64,000 nt of DNA from Acidobacteriota bacterium. GTDB lineage: Bacteria > Acidobacteriota > Polarisedimenticolia > J045. A model generated the notes under the pieces. The model saw only the letters and a program-made list of their open reading frames with translations. It did no database searches and was not told the DNA's origin. How positions within the stretch are numbered: position 1 is the first letter of the stretch; the number at the start of each line of letters is the position of its first letter. Below are positions 36,799 to 45,413 of the stretch, piece after piece. A program made the translations under genes and the position numbers. The stretch covers positions 7,879 through 71,878 of the forward strand of contig JANTFM010000001.1 of NCBI GenBank assembly GCA_024763475.1. The letters are read 5' to 3'.

Positions 36799-38022
36799 TT
36801 GGGGATGCATACCCATCTGATCGATATCACGAAGGAAAAACGCTTTCTGGGTTCTCTTGGGCAGCGGTTGACTCTCGGGGGTGGTGTGGCCGGTATCGTG
36901 GGCCTGGCCGTGTCCTTCGGCCTGGCATCGACCTCTGAAGACGGTATTCATCGTCTGTGGTGGTCCTACCTCCACAACTGGACCTTCTTCCTGACGATTG
37001 CTCTCGGCGCACTCTTCTTCGTGCTGGTCGAGCACCTGGCCAAGGCGGGTTGGAGCGTTGTTCTAAGGAGGCTCTCCGAGGGCGTCTCGATGACGCTCGT
37101 CTTGCTGGCGATCCTCTTCGTGCCGCTGATTTTCGGCCTGCATGACCTGTATCACTGGCTGCACGCGGATCTCGTGGCCCAGGACCATGTGCTACAGCAC
37201 AAGGCGTCCTACCTGAACCAGACCTTCTTCCTGGTCCGCGTCGCGGTCTACTTCCTCTTCTGGATCGGGGCGGCGTTCCTGATGCACCGCAACTCGGTCA
37301 AGCAGGACCAGAGCGGCGATCACTTGCTGACGGGGAAGATGGAAGCCCTCAGCGCGCCTTTCATGATGATCTTTGCACTGACGACGACCTTCGCATCCTT
37401 CGACCTGCTGATGTCCCTCGATCCGCACTGGTTCTCGACGATCTTTGGCGTCTATTTCTTTGCCGGGTCCTTCATGTCTTTCCTGGCCTTCCTGTCCGTG
37501 ATCATCGTCGGCTTGCAGCGAAGTGGCCGGTTGACGGGTGCCATCACCGACCAGCACCTGCATGATGTCGGAAAGTTCCTGTTCGCGATGCTCGTCTTCT
37601 GGGCTTACATCGCGTTCTCACAGTACCTGCTGATCTGGTATGGCAACCTTCCAGAAGAGACCGGATGGTACCTGCGGCGGCAGACGGGGACTTGGTCCAG
37701 CCTCGGGATCGTGATGATCTTCGGGCACTTCCTGATCCCCTTTCTGTTCTTGCTCTCGCGGCACATCAAGCGGCGGCCTCTGCTGCTCTCCCTGGGCGCG
37801 TTGTGGCTGCTGGTGATGCACTGGCTCGATCTTTATTGGTTGATCATGCCCGAGTATGACCACGCTCTCACCGCGATCCCGTTCAGCCTGCTAGACCTGA
37901 GTTGCCTGGTGGGTATCGGGGGCTTCTTCATCGCCGCCTGGGCGTGGTTCCTCAGGCGTTGCTCGTTGATCGCCGAGAAAGACCCGCGTCTCGCGGAATC
38001 GCTCACCTTTGAGAACGCGTGA
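36799..38022 (+). CDS. actF: Alternative complex III subunit ActF (second NrfD-like membrane subunit)
   Basis: 407 aa polytopic membrane protein paralogous to ActC (WYGNLPEETGWY). Operon position fits. Confidence 0.75.
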   Translation: MGMHTHLIDITKEKRFLGSLGQRLTLGGGVAGIVGLAVSFGLASTSEDGIHRLWWSYLHNWTFFLTIALGALFFVLVEHLAKAGWSVVLRRLSEGVSMTLVLLAILFVPLIFGLHDLYHWLHADLVAQDHVLQHKASYLNQTFFLVRVAVYFLFWIGAAFLMHRNSVKQDQSGDHLLTGKMEALSAPFMMIFALTTTFASFDLLMSLDPHWFSTIFGVYFFAGSFMSFLAFLSVIIVGLQRSGRLTGAITDQHLHDVGKFLFAMLVFWAYIAFSQYLLIWYGNLPEETGWYLRRQTGTWSSLGIVMIFGHFLIPFLFLLSRHIKRRPLLLSLGALWLLVMHWLDLYWLIMPEYDHALTAIPFSLLDLSCLVGIGGFFIAAWAWFLRRCSLIAEKDPRLAESLTFENA

Positions 38023-38044
38023 CAAGCGGAGAGGACACACGCAG

Positions 38045-38365
38045 ATGGAACAGGAATCTGGCAAGGGCAAGCCCGATACAGGCTACAGGGGCATGACCGT
38101 GGTTCTCGTGGTCGTACTGACACTCGTGCTGGCGACTGCGCTATCGCTCTCCGGCATCGCCTACCTGAACCACCTCTCCTCCCTGCAGCTCAAGGAGCAG
38201 CTCGTCGAGGTCAAGAACCAGGCGTTGGAGGAGATGGTGACCGCTCAGGAGCGGGCTCTTTCTCGCCGGGAGTGGGTTGATCAGGAGAAGGGTAAGGCGC
38301 GCATACCCATCGAGGATGCCATGAAGGTCATGGCGCGCGGCTTCGCTGAGAAGGACGGACGCTAA
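38045..38365 (+). CDS. Small single-TM membrane protein, probable ActG-like accessory subunit
   Basis: The ATG at 38045 is preceded by GGAGAGG. It has a TM helix (TVVLVVVLTLVLATALSLSGIAYL) followed by a charged coiled region. It is located between actF and the cox-like genes. Start is uncertain; the alternative is 38093. Confidence 0.45.
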   Translation: MEQESGKGKPDTGYRGMTVVLVVVLTLVLATALSLSGIAYLNHLSSLQLKEQLVEVKNQALEEMVTAQERALSRREWVDQEKGKARIPIEDAMKVMARGFAEKDGR

Positions 38366-38367
38366 TC

Positions 38368-39363
38368 ATGAATCCTGCACCCTCGTGGATGCCCCCCCAG
38401 GCCGCGGATATCGCGAAGAGCGTGGATTGGAGCTTCGAGGTCACGCTGTTTATCGCACTCTTCCTTGCGGTGACGGTGGTCGGTCTGCTTGCGCTCTTTG
38501 TCTCGACCAGCCGTCCCCAGGACAAGCAGTCGGCTGGGCGTGACGGTGCGGGCTGGGTGGTCCAGGCTTTCTGGGTCCTGGCCCCGCTGTTGATTTGCGG
38601 CTATCTGTTCACGCTGGGTCTTCCGGGCTATGTGTCCAATACGCGCCAGAGAAGCGAATCGTACACGGTGGTCGCTGCGGTCCAGCCCTGGACGGCGGAC
38701 GAGTCCAAGGAGCGGTCCGAGGGTGAGCTTCCGATCGCCGATTGGTCGTTTACCTACCCCAACGGTTTCGTCGCTCGGGACCTGCGCTTGCCAGCGCATA
38801 AGAAGATTCATCTCGTGGTTCAGGGCAGCCAAGGCGCTCAGACACTCTACGCGCCGGCCCTGCGCATCGAGGGCAAGGCCGCCTTCGGAGAAAAAGAGGA
38901 TTTTTGGTTCGAGACCTCGGATCCGGGAAGCTACCCGCTTTTCAACACGGTCTATAGCGGGGGCGAGTTCCTGGGCATGGGTGCCGAACTCATGATCAGC
39001 GACGCGGCGGAGTTCGACACCTGGCTCCAGGAAGTCTCGAACGATCTCTCGGGGCTTCCGCCCGCCGAGGCCGGCCAGGTCGTCTTCCAGCGCAACGGAT
39101 GTGTGGCTTGCCATTCGATCAACGGAACGCCGCTGGTCGGGCCGAGCTTCCAGGGATTGTGGGGCCGGTCCGAGACGCTTGCCGATGGAAGCAGCGTCGT
39201 CGTGGATGCGGACTATGTCGCGGAGTCGATCTTCAATCCGACAGCTAAAGTGGTCAAGGGCTTCCAGCCCGTGATGCCCCCGTTCGCCGGGCGCATTTCC
39301 GACGAGCACGTCGGCTTCCTCATCGAGTACATGAAGTCCCTGAACGGGGAGGGTGCCAAATGA
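38368..39363 (+). CDS. Heme-copper oxidase subunit II-like protein lacking the CuA ligands, with a C-terminal monoheme cytochrome c domain (caa3-type architecture, degenerate)
   Basis: Two N-terminal TM helices plus a cupredoxin-like periplasmic domain are typical of CoxB. The CuA motif H-x34-CxExCGxxHxxM is absent: the corresponding region reads LYAPALRIEGKAAFGEKEDFWFETSDPGSYPLFNTVYSGGEFLGMGAELM with no Cys or His. The C-terminal heme c site is CVACH, with a downstream Met. Confidence 0.6.
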   Translation: MNPAPSWMPPQAADIAKSVDWSFEVTLFIALFLAVTVVGLLALFVSTSRPQDKQSAGRDGAGWVVQAFWVLAPLLICGYLFTLGLPGYVSNTRQRSESYTVVAAVQPWTADESKERSEGELPIADWSFTYPNGFVARDLRLPAHKKIHLVVQGSQGAQTLYAPALRIEGKAAFGEKEDFWFETSDPGSYPLFNTVYSGGEFLGMGAELMISDAAEFDTWLQEVSNDLSGLPPAEAGQVVFQRNGCVACHSINGTPLVGPSFQGLWGRSETLADGSSVVVDADYVAESIFNPTAKVVKGFQPVMPPFAGRISDEHVGFLIEYMKSLNGEGAK

Positions 39364-40928
39364 GCGCCACGCATGCAGCTGCTGCCCCATCCGGCACCCA
39401 GGGGAGCTGGCTCTTCAGCCTGGATCACCGCCGCATCGGCGTCCTCTACCTGTGGGTCTCCTGTTTCGCAATCCTCGTGGCCGCCTTCCTCGGCTGGTTG
39501 ACGGCCGTGGAGACGGCCTATCCAGGGCAGACCTTCGTTGGTGAGCAGGACCTCCACCTGCTCGGTGCCGGCCGGGGCCTCTTCCTTGTGTTTTTCTTCC
39601 TGCTGCCGGCCATCCCGGCTGGTCTCGGCAATTTCATTCTGCCGCTGCAGGTCGGCGCAGAGAATGTCTTCCATCCGTCGATGAATCGCCTGGCGCTTCA
39701 TACCTTCCTGCTGGGCCTTCTCGCCGCCGTGGTGGCGGCGTTACTCGGTGGAGCGGATGCGTGGTGGGCCCCGCTGACGCCCTATGACTTGGGGCCCGGT
39801 GCGGTCGTGACCTGGTCGATGGCCGCCGCCGCACTCGTCGTATTCTCGATGATGATGACCAGTCTCAATTTCATCGGGACGGTTCATCTGCGCCGGGCTC
39901 CCGGTATGAGCCTGTCCCGGCTCCCGGTGAGTGTCTGGGCGATCTACATCTACTCCTGGGTTCACATCGTGGCTGCGCCGGCGGCGACTCTCGCCTATGG
40001 CGCGATGTTGATGAGTCGCGGCAAGGAGATGCCCTTCACCAATCCCGAGACGGGTTTCGCCTTCTCGCAGATCGAGATGCTCTTCTGGTTCTTCGCGGCT
40101 CCCGTGCTCCTGGCCACGATCCTGCCCGTGATCGGCGTCGTGACGGAGGTCCTTTCGGCGCAGACCCGCCGACGGCCTGCGGCGCCAGGACTCCTGGTCT
40201 ACGCGATGGCCGCAATCGGCGTCATGTCCTTCATGGTGTGGGGACGGGAACTTTTCTCGATCGGCGCGCATGAACGACTGGCGATCGTCGGCAGTGTTGC
40301 GTCCTTCCTGGTCTACGCCCTCGTCTTGACGATCATCTTCGCCTGGATCGGCACCCTGTCCCAGCGTGGCAGTGGTTTCCAAGTGGATGCTGCCTTGCTC
40401 TACGCGGTCTTCGCGATCGCTTTCCTCGCGATCGGCGCTCTTGCCGGTTGTTTTACGGCCTCCATGGCCCTCGGCCCTTACCTCGGCCCGTCGCTCTTTG
40501 CCTCCGGCCGCTTCGAACTCCTCGTGGTGAGCCCGGTGGTCATGGGGCTTCTGGCGGGGCTGCACTACTGGTGGCCCAAGCTCAGGGGGTGCAGCTGCCG
40601 GGGCACGGCCGCGAGCCTGGGAGCTTGGGCGGTCTTCCTGGGATTGCTTCTCTCCGGACTGGGCAAGCTGGCGCTGGGCATCATGGGTGTTCCTGCGCGA
40701 GCGTATTCCGCAGGTGGGCCTCACCTGGCCGCTTACCTTGCGGAGCTGGGGGCGACCCTCGTGCTCTGCGGTCTCTTCGTAGTGGTGACGGTGCTTGCGC
40801 GCGCCGAGAAGGGAAGCGACGAGGGGATCGAGGGCGCGGGCCTCGAATGGCAGGCCGGCTCCTTCAACGACGCCGAGAACTTCTCGACAGTTCCGGATGG
40901 CCACATCGACCCCTACGACTTCCGCTGA
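39360..40928 (+). CDS. Heme-copper oxidase subunit I-like protein with all canonical CuB/heme a3/heme a His ligands substituted (pseudo-oxidase subunit I)
   Basis: The N-terminus WLFSLDHRRIGVLYL matches COX1 (WLFSTNHKDIGTLY), and HYWWPK matches HYWFPK. However FWFFGHPEVY is replaced by FWFFAAPVLL, WAHHMF by WGRELF, and the HDTYYVVAHFHY region by ASGRFELLVVSP. 522 aa with ~12 TM helices. Confidence 0.6.
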   Translation: MSATHAAAAPSGTQGSWLFSLDHRRIGVLYLWVSCFAILVAAFLGWLTAVETAYPGQTFVGEQDLHLLGAGRGLFLVFFFLLPAIPAGLGNFILPLQVGAENVFHPSMNRLALHTFLLGLLAAVVAALLGGADAWWAPLTPYDLGPGAVVTWSMAAAALVVFSMMMTSLNFIGTVHLRRAPGMSLSRLPVSVWAIYIYSWVHIVAAPAATLAYGAMLMSRGKEMPFTNPETGFAFSQIEMLFWFFAAPVLLATILPVIGVVTEVLSAQTRRRPAAPGLLVYAMAAIGVMSFMVWGRELFSIGAHERLAIVGSVASFLVYALVLTIIFAWIGTLSQRGSGFQVDAALLYAVFAIAFLAIGALAGCFTASMALGPYLGPSLFASGRFELLVVSPVVMGLLAGLHYWWPKLRGCSCRGTAASLGAWAVFLGLLLSGLGKLALGIMGVPARAYSAGGPHLAAYLAELGATLVLCGLFVVVTVLARAEKGSDEGIEGAGLEWQAGSFNDAENFSTVPDGHIDPYDFR

Positions 40929-40934
40929 GCCCGA

Positions 40935-41482
40935 TGGTTGACCGGGAGACATCGAATCCCGTTCGGGCGGCCATCTCCCACTGGACGGAGCCTGTCTTCG
41001 GGCTCGCGGGTCTCGCGCTTGTCGCGGTGGTGCTGCTATTCATCGTCAGAGGTTGGGTCCCCAGGGAGCGGCCTCATCCGGGGTCCCCAGAGATCGGAAG
41101 ACTCGCCGTCCTGCCCTTCGATGAGATCGGTGACGAAGCTGCCGCCGCCCCAGACAGCGGGTCAATCCTGGAGGCGCTGACCAGCGAGTTCTCCCACTAC
41201 CTGGCCGTGATCCCGTCCGAGCAGAGCCAGCTCCAGGGGCGGAGCAAAAAGACCCTGCGGGAGATTGCGGAAGACCTCGGCGCCGACTCGCTCCTGGTGG
41301 GTAGCATCATCGCCGGAGACAGCGGCACCCGCGTGCGCGCACGCCTCGTGCGAGCCGAGCAGAGCCGCGAGCTGTTTGCCGTCCGTGTGCTCGGAGAGGA
41401 TCCTGCGCGCCTCGCGGCGCAAATGCGGACGACGATTCTTGGGGAAGATGCGCCGCGAAGGACGGCTGAAGAGACGCGGTGA
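40935..41482 (+). CDS. Hypothetical membrane-anchored protein (N-terminal TM helix; periplasmic/cytoplasmic alpha/beta domain)
   Basis: ATG at 40935. A TM segment (FGLAGLALVAVVLLFIV) is followed by a ~140-aa soluble region. No family recognised. Confidence 0.4.
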
Positions 41483-41567
41483 TGCGACGGACACAAGGAG
41501 CCAAGGGCAAACCAAGAGCGTTCGAGCAGAGATGTCAGGCCCGCACGAACCGGAGGCTAGAGGGTCA

Positions 41568-42227
41568 ATGCAGTCGCCGCAAGAGGTCCTGAAGCGCCTC
41601 CAGGCAGGAAATCGTCGCTTCGTTTCGGAGCGTCCTACTTGCGCCATCCTCAGCACTGAGGCGCGCCGCCGCGAGCTACTGGAGGGCCAGGAGCCCTGCG
41701 CCATCATCCTCGGTTGTTCCGATTCGCGGGTTCCGCCGGAGATCGTCTTCGATCAGGGCCTGGGCGACCTCTTCGTCATTCGTGTCGCGGGGAACACCGC
41801 CGGCCCATCTCAAGTCAGTAGCATCGAGTTCGCCGTGAAGAAGCTCGGTGCGCGGCTCGTCGTGGTTCTGGGTCACTCGAGCTGTGGTGCCGTGCTCGCG
41901 GCCCTGGAGGATCTCGAACTCCCGCCTCGGCACCGGTCTCCGAGCCTCGCGCCGATCGTTGCTTCGTTCGAAGACTCGGTGAAATCCTTGCCAGAGACGG
42001 AGCGTCTGCAGGACTCGGCCACGCTGGTGCGCTACGCCGTTCGGGAGAATATCCGGAGGGTAGTGGATCAGCTGCGAAGCGACTTTGGGGTTTTCGGGCG
42101 ACAGGTCCGGCGAGACGAACTCCTCATCGTCGGAGCGGAGTATTCGCTCGAGACCGGATGCGTAGATTTCTTCGATGATCCGGTGCAGCCGACCGGAACC
42201 GAAGTCGCTCGTCCCCAGGATCCATGA
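41568..42227 (+). CDS. Beta-class carbonic anhydrase
   Basis: Zn-ligand motifs are CSDSRV and HSSCGAV, with the N-terminal LKRLQAGNRRF motif. Start is at MQSPQEV (41568); the alternative ATG is at 41532. Confidence 0.85.
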   Translation: MQSPQEVLKRLQAGNRRFVSERPTCAILSTEARRRELLEGQEPCAIILGCSDSRVPPEIVFDQGLGDLFVIRVAGNTAGPSQVSSIEFAVKKLGARLVVVLGHSSCGAVLAALEDLELPPRHRSPSLAPIVASFEDSVKSLPETERLQDSATLVRYAVRENIRRVVDQLRSDFGVFGRQVRRDELLIVGAEYSLETGCVDFFDDPVQPTGTEVARPQDP

Positions 42228-42540
42228 GTCTTTCGGGTCCGTGTCGAGTACCCCTGAGTGCTGCTCTTCGAGGTGTCTCGTATCCTTCTTGGCCAGTGCA
42301 GGTGAGATGGAGTCTCGCAGCTCGACGGATCTCGAGAGAGAGTCGTCGTCCGTCTCGATTCGTCGAGATGACGGGGTTCTGTCTGAACGCGCTCTGGTGC
42401 TGAACTCGGTGTTGAGTGGCGTGCCGGGCTAGACATCATCGATGGACCGGTCCATCCGCAGAGTCGTGGGTTACGCTCGGTTCTTCTCAAACCAACTGTG
42501 GTGCAGAGCTACATACGGAGGACCGGTCAATCCACGATGT

Positions 42541-43413
42541 CTAGTGCCGGTGCCTCGATTTCTTCTTTTTGTGAGATGTTGCGGGCCTCGTCGTCTTCGT
42601 CGCCGCGGGCTTGGCTGCTTGCCAGTCCGGCTCGCCGGTGTTCCGGTGTTGCCGAGCGAGGAGGAAGAGCGCCGTGGCGGCCACGGCAAAAATGATAATG
42701 CCGAGGAACTGGGAGGTACTGAGGATGTCTTCGATGACATAGCCGCGGCCTCGGTCGCCGCGGACGTACTCGATGAAGAATCGGGCAAAGGTGTAGAGCA
42801 TCAGGTACAGCATCAGGATCTGGCCGTGGAAGCGTTTCTTCCTGTAGAGCAGCATGAGCAGGCCAAAGATGATCAGCGAGTTGATGGAGAGGTAGATCTG
42901 CGTGGGATGAACGGGCACGGCCGGCAATCCGGCGTGCATGTGGCGTGCGAGCGGAGGGAAGGTCACACCCCAGGGAAGATCCGTTGGCTTGCCGAAGCAG
43001 CAGCCGGAGAAGAAGCAGCCCCAGCGGGCGATGCCCATCGAGAGGGCGCCGACCAGAGCGAGAATGTCCAGGCCCTGGAGAAGCGGAATCTTCTGACGGT
43101 GGAACCAGTAGATGCCGAAAGGAACGGCCGTGATCACCGCTCCGAGGTAGGGACCAGCCGAGAACACCAGGTTTCCCGCTTGTGAGGGATCGGCCAGAAT
43201 GTCGTCGGCAATCACGATGAACTGCGCGGCGCGGGCTCCGAGGAATCCGACAAAACAGGTGAACACGATCGCGTCGGTGACGGTCCGCGGATCGAGACCC
43301 TCCCTCTTTGCGAAGCGCGGCAGCATCAGGATGCAGGTGACGGTCGCAAGGACGCCCATGACTCCATACATGCCGATCTGGAGTGATCCAATCTGGAACA
43401 GAATGGGATACAT
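42541..43413 (-). CDS. lgt: Prolipoprotein diacylglyceryl transferase
   Basis: Seven TM helices. It carries the Lgt signature VHPTQIYLSINS (HPTQLYE) and a basic C-terminal tail. Confidence 0.75.
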   Translation of the reverse strand: MYPILFQIGSLQIGMYGVMGVLATVTCILMLPRFAKREGLDPRTVTDAIVFTCFVGFLGARAAQFIVIADDILADPSQAGNLVFSAGPYLGAVITAVPFGIYWFHRQKIPLLQGLDILALVGALSMGIARWGCFFSGCCFGKPTDLPWGVTFPPLARHMHAGLPAVPVHPTQIYLSINSLIIFGLLMLLYRKKRFHGQILMLYLMLYTFARFFIEYVRGDRGRGYVIEDILSTSQFLGIIIFAVAATALFLLARQHRNTGEPDWQAAKPAATKTTRPATSHKKKKSRHRH

Positions 43414-43549
43414 CGGTCCTCCCCCGAGGAAGCCACAATCGTACGCTCGTCCCCTTACGGCGTCTTTTGCAGCTCATTTGTTTCCTATATGATACGACCT
43501 TCCCGGAAACAAGTGGGGGGAATTCTCGCCGGACCCGCAAGACCCGGTG

Positions 43550-45403
43550 TTACGAATCGATATGGACGCGGTGGAAGAGCTCGAAGGATGCGAGCCAGGA
43601 AAGCAGGTAAAAGCCCTTGCCTCCGCGGCGCTGCCAGCGCAGCATCTTCTCGATTCCCGCTCGATCGTAGTAGCCGCGATCGAGAGCTTTCCGGCTGAGC
43701 AGCAGATCCTCGAAGTAGGATCTCACGCGGGTGTTGGTCCGGAACCACTGGTCGAAATGGTGATAGTTTCTCGAGTCGTAGAAGTTGTAGCGCCCGTGGC
43801 TCATCCGTTCGAGCTTGTAGCCGAAGGCCTTCATGGACCGCCGGATCCTGGTCATCAGCGCAGAGGGTTTGCGGTAGAGGCTCGCACCGGTGTACTGGTA
43901 CGCAATGGCCGCGAGTTCGGGGAACCTCTCCTTGAAGTACTCGTAGAAGAAGGTGCGCCCCAGCTTCAGCCTGGCGGGCAGGCGGAGGTAGAAGTCGATC
44001 AGGCGGTCATCGTAGAGCACGAAGTGATCGTGCCAGAGATAGCGGTTGCTGTCGGCCTGGTTCATGAAGCGCACGAGGCGGTTGCGGATGAAGAACGCGT
44101 CCTTCTGGTGGGCGAAATCATCGGAGACCGTCAGAAAGCGCCGGAACTCCTCGTCGAGGACGGGCTCATAACTGTTTTTCATCCGCTGGCGGAACTCTCC
44201 GGAGAACATCCCGAGGAAGCCTTCGTCGACCACATCGCCGAAGAGGGCGCGCCTGAGGTTCCGCAGCTTCTCCTCGTGAGTGAACTTACGACTGAGGTCT
44301 CCCGCGCGGAAGTAGCCTGAGCCGAAATTGCCCGGTCCACCGAAGATGCCGTTGAGCAACGAGGTCGACTGTGGGGGCAGTCCGTAGTGCTCCCCGATCG
44401 CGAGCAGCAGGCCATGGTGGACTCCCCCCATGCCGTCCGCGAGGTGGTTGAACTCCTCCGCCTTGTCGATCAGCCAATCCGGCTGCGTCTCGATCAGGTG
44501 GTAGTTCTTGATTCCGAGCGTTGTCGCCACCTGCTGGCCGATCCGGTGGTCATCGCAACCACGACGTCCATGACTGAAGCAGTGGGGCTCGACGCCCGCG
44601 CGCACCAGCTGCCCGACGATGAAGCGGCTGTCTAGACCACCGGAGAGCGGCACCAGGGTCTGTCCGCCGTAGCTCAAGATGCGATCGAGCACGCCGCGGT
44701 AGATCTCGTCCGCCTCTTCGATCAGCTCGGATGTCGTGGCCTGGGATTCCTCGCCGAAACAGAACTCCCAGTACTGGTGCGTCGTGATCTCGGGACGGCG
44801 GAGGCGAATCGTCTGCGCTCCTCGCAGCAGGCGGACACCCCTGATGAAGGTCTTGTCGCCGAGGACGTAGCCGAAGTTGAAGTAGCGCGCGGCTCCATCC
44901 AGATCGACCTCGCGCCGCAGGCCGGGATAGGCCAGCAGGGCTTTCACCTCGCAGGAGAAGAGAAAGCGCTCATCGTCCTCGTACACGTAGAGTTGACGGT
45001 GACCAAGGCGATCGTTGAAGACCACGCCTTCGCCTTCCCTGCGGGAAAAGACGACGGCGTCGAAACAGCCATCGATCTTCTTCGGCGTTTCGAGCCGGAA
45101 CTGTTTCTGCAATTCGACCAGGCGCGTCGTCTTCTGCGTTGTCTTTGTGGCGAGTTCACCGGGAAGATCCTTGAACCCGTAGATGTATCCGGAGAAGGCT
45201 GCGGCCGTGTCGCCGGTCACGGCAAAACGCTCCTCACCCGCTACCGGCAGGCCAATGTTGCCGAGGGCGAAGTACTCGTCCGCATGGGTCTCGCAGACAT
45301 AGAGCGGGTTGTGGGAGAGACGCTGGGCCATCGCATCAATCAGTCGACGGTTTTCTTCGAGCTGCGGCCCCTTCTTGGAGAAGACTCCAAAGATCCCTGG
45401 CAT
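43550..45403 (-). CDS. Asparagine synthetase B family amidotransferase-like protein, EPS-locus type, lacking the N-terminal catalytic Cys (MPGIFG instead of MCGI)
   Basis: Start is at MPGIFGVFSKKG (45403, preceded by AGGAGC); the extension to 45661 is rejected. The Asn_synthase domain includes the PP-loop LSGGLDSRFIV. Codon 2 is CCA (Pro), verified on the reverse strand. Confidence 0.7.
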   Translation of the reverse strand: MPGIFGVFSKKGPQLEENRRLIDAMAQRLSHNPLYVCETHADEYFALGNIGLPVAGEERFAVTGDTAAAFSGYIYGFKDLPGELATKTTQKTTRLVELQKQFRLETPKKIDGCFDAVVFSRREGEGVVFNDRLGHRQLYVYEDDERFLFSCEVKALLAYPGLRREVDLDGAARYFNFGYVLGDKTFIRGVRLLRGAQTIRLRRPEITTHQYWEFCFGEESQATTSELIEEADEIYRGVLDRILSYGGQTLVPLSGGLDSRFIVGQLVRAGVEPHCFSHGRRGCDDHRIGQQVATTLGIKNYHLIETQPDWLIDKAEEFNHLADGMGGVHHGLLLAIGEHYGLPPQSTSLLNGIFGGPGNFGSGYFRAGDLSRKFTHEEKLRNLRRALFGDVVDEGFLGMFSGEFRQRMKNSYEPVLDEEFRRFLTVSDDFAHQKDAFFIRNRLVRFMNQADSNRYLWHDHFVLYDDRLIDFYLRLPARLKLGRTFFYEYFKERFPELAAIAYQYTGASLYRKPSALMTRIRRSMKAFGYKLERMSHGRYNFYDSRNYHHFDQWFRTNTRVRSYFEDLLLSRKALDRGYYDRAGIEKMLRWQRRGGKGFYLLSWLASFELFHRVHIDS

Positions 45404-45413
45404 CTCGCAGCTC

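Noticed and set aside
42228-42540. Lower-GC convergent intergenic region between the beta-CA gene and lgt, inspected for tRNA, sRNA or terminator
   Set aside because: No cloverleaf-compatible segments or convincing stem-loop plus U-tract were found by eye. It remains unassigned.
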